Below, one piece after another: positions 28,275-37,400 of a stretch of DNA of 64,000 nt. Below the pieces are notes generated by a model. That model had not been told where the DNA came from. It was given only the letters and a program-made list of their open reading frames with translations, and made no database searches. How positions within the stretch are numbered: the stretch's first letter is position 1; each line of letters begins with the position of its first letter. The DNA lies in the NCBI GenBank assembly GCA_025999275.1, contig AP024680.1, forward strand, positions 419,578-483,577. Direction: 5' to 3'. This DNA comes from Patescibacteria group bacterium. Lineage in GTDB: Bacteria > Patescibacteriota > Microgenomatia > UBA8517. The position numbers and the translations under genes are program-made.

Positions 28275-29237
28275 ATGAGGAAAAAACAGTTTGACATACC
28301 AATACTTTTTATAATTTTTCGTCGCAAAGATACGGCTTTGCAGGTTATTGACGCTATTGCAAAAGTTAAACCTAAGAAGCTTTATATATCTCAAGATGGG
28401 CCTCGTAATGAAAATGAGAAAAAAGAAGTTTTAGAAACAAGAAAGGCTGTTCTTTCAAGAATTAATTGGAAATGCGACTTGACTCTTTGGACACATAAAA
28501 ATAATTTGGGGCTTAAGAAACACATACCTCAAGCCTTTGACCGAGTTTTCAAAAGAGAAAAGTGGTGCATTTATCTGGAAGATGATACCCTTCCTTCTGA
28601 AGACTTCTTTTATTTTGAGAGAGAGTTGCTGAAGAGATATGAAAAAGACAAAAGAATATTTTCAATTAATGGGACCAACTTCTATCCAGATAAGGTGAGA
28701 TCAAAACATTCTTATTACTTGTCTAAGATGGGGGATATATGGGGTTTTGGTTTATGGAGACGAAGTTGGAAATTGTATAGTTCTAATATGGATGATTTTG
28801 GGATTATTTCAAAAACTGAGAGTTATAAGAATTATTTTTTTAGTAAAAGATATAGGTTTTATTTAGAGACTTTTTGGAACGCTATTATTAAAGGGAGATT
28901 AGACAGTTGGGCGATGCAGTTAGTTTATGCAGCTGTTAAGAATAATATGTTTTTTATTACCCCAAGTGTGAATCTTGTTAATAATCTTGGATATTCTAAA
29001 AGATCAACTAATATATCTATTCAGAAATATTATTGTGATTTTGGTAATCTATTTTCGATAGATTCTTCTATAAAGACTGGTTACTATAAACAATATGATA
29101 ATATGTATTTTGAGAACATGATTAAAGGTGGATGGTTGAGGCTTTTTTCTATTAGATTGTATCTTTGGTTGCCCGATTTTTTCAAAAGTTTGATAAAACA
29201 ATTATGGGCTAAGTTATTCTTTGAGATTATAATCTAA
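28275..29237 (+). CDS. GT-A fold glycosyltransferase, GnT-I (GT13)-like
   Basis: 'IPILFIIFRRKDTALQVIDAI...LYISQDGP' and 'YLEDDTLPSEDFFYFE' parallel GnT-I 'ILVIACDR...IIVSQDCG' and 'VEDDLEVAPDFFEYF'. Confidence 0.5.
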   Translation: MRKKQFDIPILFIIFRRKDTALQVIDAIAKVKPKKLYISQDGPRNENEKKEVLETRKAVLSRINWKCDLTLWTHKNNLGLKKHIPQAFDRVFKREKWCIYLEDDTLPSEDFFYFERELLKRYEKDKRIFSINGTNFYPDKVRSKHSYYLSKMGDIWGFGLWRRSWKLYSSNMDDFGIISKTESYKNYFFSKRYRFYLETFWNAIIKGRLDSWAMQLVYAAVKNNMFFITPSVNLVNNLGYSKRSTNISIQKYYCDFGNLFSIDSSIKTGYYKQYDNMYFENMIKGGWLRLFSIRLYLWLPDFFKSLIKQLWAKLFFEIII

Positions 29238-29247
29238 ATTTGTTGAT

Positions 29248-30057
29248 ATGATTGGTTTATTGAAGAAAATTTTAACAGCTTTGAGATATATTCTTTCTAA
29301 AAATAATATAAGTAATCTTGTTTTTGTTTATTATAAGAAGATCAGTGTTCCTAAAAAAATTGTTTCTGGCTATGAAGTTGATATGGATATTGTTGCAAAA
29401 AGGTATTTGTCTGGCGTTAAAAATTATAATTCCACAGTATTGCTAAATGATTTTATAGCTAGGGAGAATATTTCTTTTTTGGAAAAATCAATTCGTAAAA
29501 TTGGCTTTAGGGTAGAGGAAGGTATGAAATTTTTGGATGTTGGTTGTGGAAACGGGTTTTATGGAAAAATTATAAAGAAGAAAGGATCTATTTTTGAAGA
29601 TGTTGATTATGCTGGTTGTGAATTTCATCCTAAATTGGTTGAGGTTTGCAAAAAGCTAAACCCAAATTTTGTTTTTTTTCTGTCTCGGGCAGAAAAAATT
29701 GATTCACCTGATAATTTTTATGATTTTGTTTTTTCTAGTGGTGTTTTGCATTATACTCTTAGAAATTGGAAAAAATCTGTATTGGAATTTAAGAGAGTTT
29801 CGAAAAGTTTTATTTTTATCACTAGAATTCCTCTTTCTAAATACGAGAAGACTTTTTATGTTCAGCAAAAAGTTTGGAGTATTAGTGGTATTGAGACTCA
29901 TTATTTTGTTGTACCCAATAGAGATGTCTTTGAAAATTTTTTAGTTAGAAATGGGTTGGAAATTCTAGAAAGGGATTATTCTCTAGAGGAATATATTATT
30001 AATGGTGTTAAAGAAAAGATTATTCTTTCTAATTATTTTTTGAGAAAAGTCAACTAG
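29248..30057 (+). CDS. class I SAM-dependent methyltransferase
   Basis: motif I 'FLDVGCGNGFYG'. Confidence 0.7.
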   Translation: MIGLLKKILTALRYILSKNNISNLVFVYYKKISVPKKIVSGYEVDMDIVAKRYLSGVKNYNSTVLLNDFIARENISFLEKSIRKIGFRVEEGMKFLDVGCGNGFYGKIIKKKGSIFEDVDYAGCEFHPKLVEVCKKLNPNFVFFLSRAEKIDSPDNFYDFVFSSGVLHYTLRNWKKSVLEFKRVSKSFIFITRIPLSKYEKTFYVQQKVWSISGIETHYFVVPNRDVFENFLVRNGLEILERDYSLEEYIINGVKEKIILSNYFLRKVN

Positions 30058-30063
30058 CTGTTT

Positions 30064-31038
30064 ATGAAGAATAATAATCTGGTTTATTGTACTTATTTTG
30101 ATAAAGGCTTTCTGATTAAAGGATTAGCTCTTCACGCCTCGTTAATTAAAAACAATCCTAAAGCTAAGCTTTGGATTTTGGCCTTTGATAGCTATACGAA
30201 GGATATATTAAACAAAATGAAATTAAAAGGAGTTACGGTAGTATCTCTTTCTAGTTTTGAAGATAAGGAGCTATTATCAATTAAGAACACTAGACAAACT
30301 GTTGAGTATTATTGGACTTGCACTCCAAGTTGGATACTTTATGTATTGGAAAAAACTAAGGCTGATTATGTGATTTATTTAGATGCTGATTTGTATTTTT
30401 TCTCTAATCCTGACCCTGCTGTCTTGGAGATTGGGAATAAATCTTTATTAGTTGTTGAGCATAGATTTCCATCAGGACGTAAGGGAATGGAAATAAAGGC
30501 TGGTAGATTTAATGTTGCTTTTAATGTTTTTAAGAATGATAGGATTGGTAAGAAATGTCTTGAGAGATGGAGAAAGCAATGTATCGATTGGTGTTACTGG
30601 AAACCTGAGGGTAATAAGTTGGGGGATCAGAAATATTTAGATGAATGGCCAATGTTGTATGAAGATAAACTTGTAATTTCTGAAAACTTGGGTGTAGATG
30701 CCGCACCCTGGAACATATCGCAATATAGAATTTCAAGTAAAGATGGAGACATTTATATTAATGACGACAAACTTGTTTGTTATCACTTTCATCAACTTCG
30801 TATATTAGGTCCAAATCATTATAGCCGTGTTTTAGGTTATACTTTGCCAAAGGCTGTTGTTGATTTAATATACATTCCTTATGAGAAAGAGTTGGATAAA
30901 CAATACTCAAGAATTAAAAGTTATGATTCAGAGTTTGAATTGGTAGCGACAAAACAAAGTGCCAGTATGTTATTATGGCATAAACTTGCTAGGTATCTTG
31001 GCCCTATTTATTGGAAACTTAAGAGTATTTCTAGATGA
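30064..31038 (+). CDS. GT-A fold DXD glycosyltransferase (family uncertain; GT8/GT32-like)
   Basis: 'YVIYLDADLYFFSNPDP' DXD motif in nucleotide-diphospho-sugar transferase-like context. Confidence 0.45.
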   Translation: MKNNNLVYCTYFDKGFLIKGLALHASLIKNNPKAKLWILAFDSYTKDILNKMKLKGVTVVSLSSFEDKELLSIKNTRQTVEYYWTCTPSWILYVLEKTKADYVIYLDADLYFFSNPDPAVLEIGNKSLLVVEHRFPSGRKGMEIKAGRFNVAFNVFKNDRIGKKCLERWRKQCIDWCYWKPEGNKLGDQKYLDEWPMLYEDKLVISENLGVDAAPWNISQYRISSKDGDIYINDDKLVCYHFHQLRILGPNHYSRVLGYTLPKAVVDLIYIPYEKELDKQYSRIKSYDSEFELVATKQSASMLLWHKLARYLGPIYWKLKSISR

Positions 31039-31439
31039 AAAGAAAGTTAATAAAGATTATAAAAGCCCCTTCATTTATTACAGATGGGATGCTCACCCAA
31101 CTTCAGTATCCCGACGTTCCTTTTGAAATAAAGAGGGTATATTTTATACAGGGAGTTTCGGAAGGTGCCGTGAGGGGAGCGCATGCCCATGTGGAGACTA
31201 TTCAGGCTTTATTTTGTATCCAAGGATCAATAAAAATGGTCTTTGATGATGGTAAAGTTAGGGAAGAGATAATTTTAGATAAGCCTAATGTGGGGGTTTT
31301 ACTTGAACCTGGTGTTTGGCATGAGATGCAGGATTTTAAGAAGGATACTATAATTTTAGTGTTGGCGTCCAAAGAGTATGAACCTAAGGATTATATCAGG
31401 AGTTATGAAGATTTCTTAAACTTTTATGCAGGTAACTAG
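31035..31439 (+). CDS. sugar 3,4-ketoisomerase, FdtA/QdtA-like cupin (WxcM C-terminal domain family)
   Basis: 'FEIKRVYFIQGVSEGAVRGAHAH...LVLASKEYEPKDYIRSYEDF' matches FdtA family conserved blocks. Confidence 0.75.
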   Translation: MKRKLIKIIKAPSFITDGMLTQLQYPDVPFEIKRVYFIQGVSEGAVRGAHAHVETIQALFCIQGSIKMVFDDGKVREEIILDKPNVGVLLEPGVWHEMQDFKKDTIILVLASKEYEPKDYIRSYEDFLNFYAGN

Positions 31440-32535
31440 AAGTATTAAATATTTGGATTTTCAGAAAGAGGCGGCTCTCCGTGGCAAGAAATATCTTGCT
31501 GCTATGAGAAGGGTCCTTAATTCAGGGGTTTATATCTTATCTGATGAAGTCAAGAGATTTGAGCAGGAATTTGCTGATTATTGTGATATTAAGTATTGTG
31601 TTGGAGTTGGTAATGGACTTGAGGCAATTCAGATATCGTTGATGGCTTTAGGAATTGGCAAGGGCGATGAAGTAATAACCACGCCCCTTTCAGCAGTAGC
31701 TACAACACTAGCAATTTTAGCGGTTGGGGCAGAGCCTGTTTTTGTGGATATAAAGGAAAATGGACAAATAAACGAAGATCTTATTGAAAAAGCAATAACA
31801 AAAAGAACTAAAGCCGTTCTACCTGTTCATCTTTATGGACAGCCAGCAAATGTAAAGAAGATTAGTGATATTTGTAAAAAGCACGATTTGTTTTTGGTTG
31901 AGGATTGTGCCCAAGCTCATGGAACTACTTTAGATGGTAGGAAAGTTGGGACTTTTGGTGATATAGCATGTTGGAGTTTTTATCCCACCAAGAATTTGGG
32001 TGCTATAGGAGATGGTGGGGCTATCACTACCAATAGTCCAGAATTAGCTAAGATTTGTTCGGAGATACGCGATTATGGCCAAGAAAGTAAATATGTTCAT
32101 GTAAGGTTTGGCCTAAATAGTCGTTTGGACGAACTTCAGGCTGCAATACTTAGAGAAAAGTTGAAATTTTTGGATAGGGATAACCTTAAAAGAAGGAAAA
32201 TTGCAAAATTTTATGTGGATAAATTAAAAAATGTTAAAGGTATTGAAGTTGTTTTGCCTGAGAGATTTGAGGATTCGGTTTTTCATCTTTTTGTTATCAA
32301 AACGGACAAGAGAGATGAACTTAAGAAATATTTAGCCAATAATGGTATTCCTACTTTGATCCATTATCCAATTGTTATTCCAGACCAGCCTATGTTTGGG
32401 GAGAGGTTTAAAAAACTGGATATTCCAGTTTCGAAGCGGTTTGTAATCGAGACATTGTCTTTGCCCATGTATCCATTTACTAAGAATATAGAAGCTAATT
32501 ATGTAGTATCTAAATTGTCGGATTTTTTTTGTTAA
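31426..32535 (+). CDS. DegT/DnrJ/EryC1/StrS-family PLP-dependent sugar aminotransferase
   Basis: 'CVGVGNGLEAIQISLMALGIGKGDEVITTPLSAVATTLAIL' and 'NSRLDELQAAILREKLKFLD'. Confidence 0.85.
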   Translation: MQVTRSIKYLDFQKEAALRGKKYLAAMRRVLNSGVYILSDEVKRFEQEFADYCDIKYCVGVGNGLEAIQISLMALGIGKGDEVITTPLSAVATTLAILAVGAEPVFVDIKENGQINEDLIEKAITKRTKAVLPVHLYGQPANVKKISDICKKHDLFLVEDCAQAHGTTLDGRKVGTFGDIACWSFYPTKNLGAIGDGGAITTNSPELAKICSEIRDYGQESKYVHVRFGLNSRLDELQAAILREKLKFLDRDNLKRRKIAKFYVDKLKNVKGIEVVLPERFEDSVFHLFVIKTDKRDELKKYLANNGIPTLIHYPIVIPDQPMFGERFKKLDIPVSKRFVIETLSLPMYPFTKNIEANYVVSKLSDFFC

Positions 32536-33524
32536 ATAATTTTGTTTACATGAAATGTGTAAATTTTTTTAATTTTATTAATTTTGGATCTAAGAAAGCT
32601 CTAGAGGATTTAATGGATAAAGTTGAAGTCAGATTTAGGAAGCCATTAACCAAACTACAAAAGATTTCTTATTTTAATAATAAACTTTATTTTAAGTTAG
32701 AAAACGAAAATTCAACTGGTTCTTTTAAGGATAGAGTTGCTGGTTTAATTTTATTGAAAATGAATAAATTGGGTTATAAAAAATTTTTTGTTAATACTAG
32801 TGGAAATATGGGCTTGGCTTTAACTGCTCTTTCTAATAAAAAAAAAGTTTTTTCGTATGTTCTTTTGGATGATCCTTACTATTCAAATATAGGTTTGTTA
32901 AGCAATAAGTCTTCTTTTTTGGAGATTAGGCCAAATAGAATTTCTTTTATTAGCCGTATTTTAAGTTTTTTTTGTGCTGAAATTGGCGTTTGGGATTTTT
33001 GGTGGTTTATTTATAAGAAAAGATTTTTCCAATCTTTCAATGATCGAGGTTTCTTTATTGCTCAGCCGAGTATATATATAAATCCAGATTGCATTTTGGG
33101 ATACGCGGATATATCTTTTGAGATTTTTAAACAATTGGGCGATATGGTTCCTGATTATTTAATTACACCTGTTATAAATAGCGATAATGCTATAGGTCAG
33201 TGGTTGGGTTATTATGCTCTTTTTAAGTATAAATTTGTAAATAAGATTCCACATTTTATTTTGGTTGAAAGGGAGAAAGTATATAGGCATTTCAATTACC
33301 CGGATGCTTGGCAAAAAATTAAAAGATTTTCAAAGATATCTTTGATTGGAGTTAGAGAAGATGAAGAATTTTGTGCTAGAAAGTATGTTTCTGATAATTT
33401 TGGTAAAAATATTAATGGAGTGTCGGCAGGTTGTTGGGCCGCTTATAGTAAATTATGTGATAGAGGTTTTTTTAGAACAGACGATGTTGTAGTATTAGTT
33501 TTATCTGGTTCTGATAAATTATGA
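32529..33524 (+). CDS. divergent fold-type-II PLP enzyme-like protein (Trp-synthase-beta/Thr-synthase superfamily), possibly degenerate
   Basis: 'NSTGSFKDRVAGLIL' PLP-lysine motif and 'VNTSGNMGLALTAL'; no clear Gly-rich phosphate loop downstream; A9 run at 32840-32848. Confidence 0.45.
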   Translation: MLNNFVYMKCVNFFNFINFGSKKALEDLMDKVEVRFRKPLTKLQKISYFNNKLYFKLENENSTGSFKDRVAGLILLKMNKLGYKKFFVNTSGNMGLALTALSNKKKVFSYVLLDDPYYSNIGLLSNKSSFLEIRPNRISFISRILSFFCAEIGVWDFWWFIYKKRFFQSFNDRGFFIAQPSIYINPDCILGYADISFEIFKQLGDMVPDYLITPVINSDNAIGQWLGYYALFKYKFVNKIPHFILVEREKVYRHFNYPDAWQKIKRFSKISLIGVREDEEFCARKYVSDNFGKNINGVSAGCWAAYSKLCDRGFFRTDDVVVLVLSGSDKL

Positions 33525-33784
33525 TTTCCAGGTTCTTGCTGTTTTTTTTATCTGGTAAAAGAAAGGATATGCCAATAGACGAAATTGCACATATATTGGC
33601 AGTTAAAAAACTTAAAAAGATATCGAGGTTATATAGAATTAATCAGAATTTTTTTCAGATTTCTGATCTGGGTTACTTTTTACCAGAATTTAATTCATAT
33701 AATCTTTTAAGTCTAAGCGATCTTGATAAAAAGAGATTTGCTTTTAAAAATAATTATGTTTTTTATTCACTCACCGTCGAATAA
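33521..33784 (+). CDS. small hypothetical protein (could be spurious or part of next gene's 5' region)
   Basis: ORF only; overlaps track start of next ORF. Confidence 0.2.
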   Translation: MISRFLLFFLSGKRKDMPIDEIAHILAVKKLKKISRLYRINQNFFQISDLGYFLPEFNSYNLLSLSDLDKKRFAFKNNYVFYSLTVE

Positions 33785-34898
33785 TTTTTTGAGAGATCTA
33801 TATTATGTTAAAAACAAACCAAGGATAATTATTTTGTTGGCACATAACTACTTCTCTTTAGATAACTTAATAACACGAATTGGCTTACGTCTCGGTTTAT
33901 CAGAATCTGACCCTAATAGATTTGTTTCTAAAAAGGATATTACAAATATCTTAAAAGATTGTGGTTACGAACTTGTTTTTGACGAGGGTTCTTTTTATTT
34001 TTCTAAGCTATTTTTAGTTCTTTTCCCTAACATATTCCAGAAGATTTTGGGTAAATTTATATGGAAATTTGAAGGTTCTGATAAATTAAGATTTTTAAGA
34101 TTAGTCTTTAAGCCTTTTTCTAGAAACAGATTTATGGTTTTTAGGATAAACAATTACTTTATTCTTGGTAAAAAACACCTTGGTCTAGACTATTTATTAG
34201 GTACTGTTAATTTTGACAAGCTCTACAATAAATCTACTTCTCAAGGCAAATTTTATTTCGCTAATGTTAAGAGACTTATGTTTGTTTCTAAACCTGGTTT
34301 GGGAGATTGTGTGTTGGACGTTGGTACTGGTACTGGAAGTTTTGCAATAGAAGCTGCAAAACTTGGAGCTAGGGTTTTTGCCATAGATATATTACCCCAG
34401 ATGCTTTTGAAGGCAAAGAGAAAAGCGGCTAGAGTTGGTCTAGAAAAGAGAATTAAATTTGTAGAAGCTGATGCAGAGAAAATTCCTTTTCCTGACAATA
34501 AATTTGATATTGTTTATTCTGCAAGTGTTCCTCACGATGTTCCTGATTTTAGCAATTTTATGAAGGAATTGTCGAGGGTGACAAAAAAAGGAGGTCATAT
34601 TTATTTGAATATTTTTAATTTTTATAGTTTAGCTGGTTTGTATCATTTATTTAGAATGTTTATATTAAAGTCAACTAAATTAAATTTGATTACAAGAAAA
34701 AGATTGTTATATGAAGCAGAAAAAAATAATTTGTATTTAGTAGGCAGATTTGGTATAGAGCTTTTTCAAGGTTGGCCAATTCCTTGGAAGTTACGCTGGT
34801 TTTTGTTCAAGAAGTTTTGTAATTTTGAAAAAAGGCTTTCTTTTTCTAATTTTAACTTCTTGTATTCTCAATTTTTTTACCGTCTAGTTAAACTTTAA
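33723..34898 (+). CDS. two-domain protein with class I SAM-dependent methyltransferase domain
   Basis: 'VLDVGTGTGSFAIEAAKLGARVFAIDILPQML' motif I / post-I; true start may be an internal ATG (e.g. 33756). Confidence 0.65.
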   Translation: MIKRDLLLKIIMFFIHSPSNNFLRDLYYVKNKPRIIILLAHNYFSLDNLITRIGLRLGLSESDPNRFVSKKDITNILKDCGYELVFDEGSFYFSKLFLVLFPNIFQKILGKFIWKFEGSDKLRFLRLVFKPFSRNRFMVFRINNYFILGKKHLGLDYLLGTVNFDKLYNKSTSQGKFYFANVKRLMFVSKPGLGDCVLDVGTGTGSFAIEAAKLGARVFAIDILPQMLLKAKRKAARVGLEKRIKFVEADAEKIPFPDNKFDIVYSASVPHDVPDFSNFMKELSRVTKKGGHIYLNIFNFYSLAGLYHLFRMFILKSTKLNLITRKRLLYEAEKNNLYLVGRFGIELFQGWPIPWKLRWFLFKKFCNFEKRLSFSNFNFLYSQFFYRLVKL

Positions 34899-34905
34899 TA
34901 TACAA

Positions 34906-35757
34906 ATGGTGAAAATTTTAATAGATATTTTAAGTTTGACAAGATCATCTTTTAAATCTTTTGGGATTTTATTTGTTTTTAGAGTTATTTTTTGGAAAAT
35001 TAACAAAATACTTATTAAATTACCAATGATCATGGCTTTAACAGAGGATATAAAATGTATTTGTTACCCTTCTAGTTCTTTTGGTAGTTTGGTTGTTTAT
35101 ACAAGGTTGCCGGAGTATTGGGAGATGAATTTCTTGTTAGATAATCTTAATGAATTATCTACTTTTATTGATGTGGGGGCGAATATTGGAGTTTATACTC
35201 TTCTTGCCGCATCAAAAATTAAAAAGGGTAAAATATTTTCTTTTGAAATAGACCCTAGGGCCTTGAAAAATCTTTACGAGAATATCAGGTTAAATGATTT
35301 GGGAAACAGAGTAGAGGTTATAGAAAAAGTTGTTTCTGATAAAAATGGCTATGAAAGTTTTGTTTTTTCTAAAGAATCAGAAGTAAGTCACATTCTAACG
35401 GATGAGAAGGAAAACAAAAATATTAGTAAGATTGCGTCTATTAAACTAGATGATTTTATAGATAGTAGAAAAATTAGGTTTGTAGATTTTTTGAAGATAG
35501 ATGTAGAAGGTGCGGAATATAAAGTATTGAAGGGTTTAAGCAAAACATTGAAGGGAAAAAGGGTTGGTATGATTTTGTTTGAGCTGAATAGTAATTTAAC
35601 TAGATATGGTGCTGGAAGCAATGATGTTTTTAATTTATTATCAGGTTTTGGTTATAAAGTTTACTCCTTTTTAAATAATGGCAAAATAAGGAGAATTAAA
35701 AATGTGGAAGATTTTCCTTCAAATAAAACACAAAATTTTTTGGCAAAAGTCAGTTAA
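34906..35757 (+). CDS. FkbM-family methyltransferase
   Basis: 'IDVGANIGVYTLLAA...FSFEIDPRALKNLYENIRLN'. Confidence 0.75.
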   Translation: MVKILIDILSLTRSSFKSFGILFVFRVIFWKINKILIKLPMIMALTEDIKCICYPSSSFGSLVVYTRLPEYWEMNFLLDNLNELSTFIDVGANIGVYTLLAASKIKKGKIFSFEIDPRALKNLYENIRLNDLGNRVEVIEKVVSDKNGYESFVFSKESEVSHILTDEKENKNISKIASIKLDDFIDSRKIRFVDFLKIDVEGAEYKVLKGLSKTLKGKRVGMILFELNSNLTRYGAGSNDVFNLLSGFGYKVYSFLNNGKIRRIKNVEDFPSNKTQNFLAKVS

Positions 35758-35828
35758 ATCTATTTAACAAGATTCTTGCTTTTAGGGAATTGTTTTTTCC
35801 TCTCTTATGTTAGAATAAATTATATTTT

Positions 35829-37394
35829 ATGTTTAATTTATCCTATCTTACTTTTTCTGATGCGGCGAAGTTTGCTGATTTGGCAAGGAATTTTGTTTTA
35901 GGAAGAGGGTGGGGTTCTTCTTTTTCTTTCTTTTCTCCCTCTATTTTCCAACAGTTGGAAAAAACTCTTTTTGATATGGGTATTTTTCCTTTGACTCCTT
36001 TTTTTATTTCTTTATCTTTTAGAATTTTTGGAATCTCTGATTTTGCAGTAATTGCCACTTCATTTTTCTTTTATGTTTTATCTTTGGTTTTTACATTTTT
36101 ACTTTCAAGAAAGATTTTTAAAAGCAGTTTAATTGGTTTTCTTTCTTTGCTGGTTGTTGGTTTTAATCTTAATCTTATTGATTATGCAACAAGCGGGGCG
36201 TCGGAGGCTTTGTTTATCGCTGAGATATTGCTTCTTTTTTATCTTCTTTCTTTCAAGAAGAAAGTTTTTGATTTATTTTCTTTACTGGTTATTGTACTGA
36301 TGTATTTTACTCGAGCTCATGCATTTATTTTTATAGCAGGCGCTTTACTTTTTTGGCTTCTTTTACGATTTGATGTTAAAAAATCTCTTTTTTATTTTTC
36401 TTTCATTTTGATTTTGGGTCTTTTATTTGATCGTTTTGTTCTTTCCTCTTTATCTGGCAAGTTTTTCATTTATTCAATTTTGGGAGGGGGGAAGTATGCA
36501 GTTTTACAACACAATTCTTCATGGGCGGTTTCTGACACCTTGCGAGGTCTTCCTCGCCAGTCTTTTGATTTGATTTCTGTTTTAAAGAAAGTTTTTTACA
36601 ATCTTTACAACTTCTATAAATTGATGCCACAGATTATGAATCCTTATTTATTTGCTCTTTTTCTCATTGGTCTTTTTGCTTGGGGTAAAGATAGGCTGCA
36701 AAATTCATTTAAGATTGCCTCATTGTTTATGGTGTTTTTAACTTTTTTGGTTGCTGCCGCTTCTATTCCGTTTTTCCGCTATATTCATCCAGTTGTTCCA
36801 CTAGTTTATATCTTGGCAGTAGGAACACTTGTAGAGATAATTTCTAAATTAGAAATTCTAAATTCTAAACTAAAGATATCAAAACAAAAATTAGTTATTT
36901 TTTCTTCCTTATTTCTTATTCTGTTTTTTGGGGTTGGGCAGAGCGTTGGCGTTCTTCTTCTTGATAGACGTTTTGAAAGGAGAGTTTATAATTTTGATAA
37001 GCCCCCAGTTTATGTTTTGCTTTCAAAAATTATTAAGGAAAATACAGATCCTAACGAGGTTATTTTGACTAATCTTGATACTTGGGGCAGTTGGTATGGG
37101 GAAAGGAGAACTGTTTGGTTTCCATTAACACCGAAGCAGATAATTAATCCTGAAAATGGAAAAATTCCTTTTGACGCTATTTATCTTACAAGCTACAAAA
37201 TGGACGACCCAAATTATTATATGGGAAATGAGTGGAGACTTATTTTTGAAAACCCCCAAAGTCCTGAAAAATGGAATTGTGAAGGGTGTGATCAGATTGC
37301 AAAGGAATTTACCCTAAAGGGTGTTTATAAAGTTATTCCTGACGATGATTATGAAAGACAAGGTGAAATTAGTATTATTTTAGTTAAGAATTAA
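35829..37394 (+). CDS. GT-C fold membrane glycosyltransferase, ArnT/PMT_2-like
   Basis: 'FSDAAKFADLARNFVLGRGWG' resembles ArnT-type acidic/Arg motif; polytopic with C-terminal soluble domain. Confidence 0.55.
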   Translation: MFNLSYLTFSDAAKFADLARNFVLGRGWGSSFSFFSPSIFQQLEKTLFDMGIFPLTPFFISLSFRIFGISDFAVIATSFFFYVLSLVFTFLLSRKIFKSSLIGFLSLLVVGFNLNLIDYATSGASEALFIAEILLLFYLLSFKKKVFDLFSLLVIVLMYFTRAHAFIFIAGALLFWLLLRFDVKKSLFYFSFILILGLLFDRFVLSSLSGKFFIYSILGGGKYAVLQHNSSWAVSDTLRGLPRQSFDLISVLKKVFYNLYNFYKLMPQIMNPYLFALFLIGLFAWGKDRLQNSFKIASLFMVFLTFLVAAASIPFFRYIHPVVPLVYILAVGTLVEIISKLEILNSKLKISKQKLVIFSSLFLILFFGVGQSVGVLLLDRRFERRVYNFDKPPVYVLLSKIIKENTDPNEVILTNLDTWGSWYGERRTVWFPLTPKQIINPENGKIPFDAIYLTSYKMDDPNYYMGNEWRLIFENPQSPEKWNCEGCDQIAKEFTLKGVYKVIPDDDYERQGEISIILVKN

Positions 37395-37400
37395 ACCAGT

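Noticed and set aside
31035-32535. Naming the pathway dTDP-Fuc3NAc/Qui3NAc and assigning fdtA/fdtB symbols
   Set aside because: No RmlA/RmlB (dTDP-glucose synthase/dehydratase) is in the window, and the only 4,6-dehydratase is GDP-mannose-specific. The nucleotide carrier and final sugar cannot be decided from this window.
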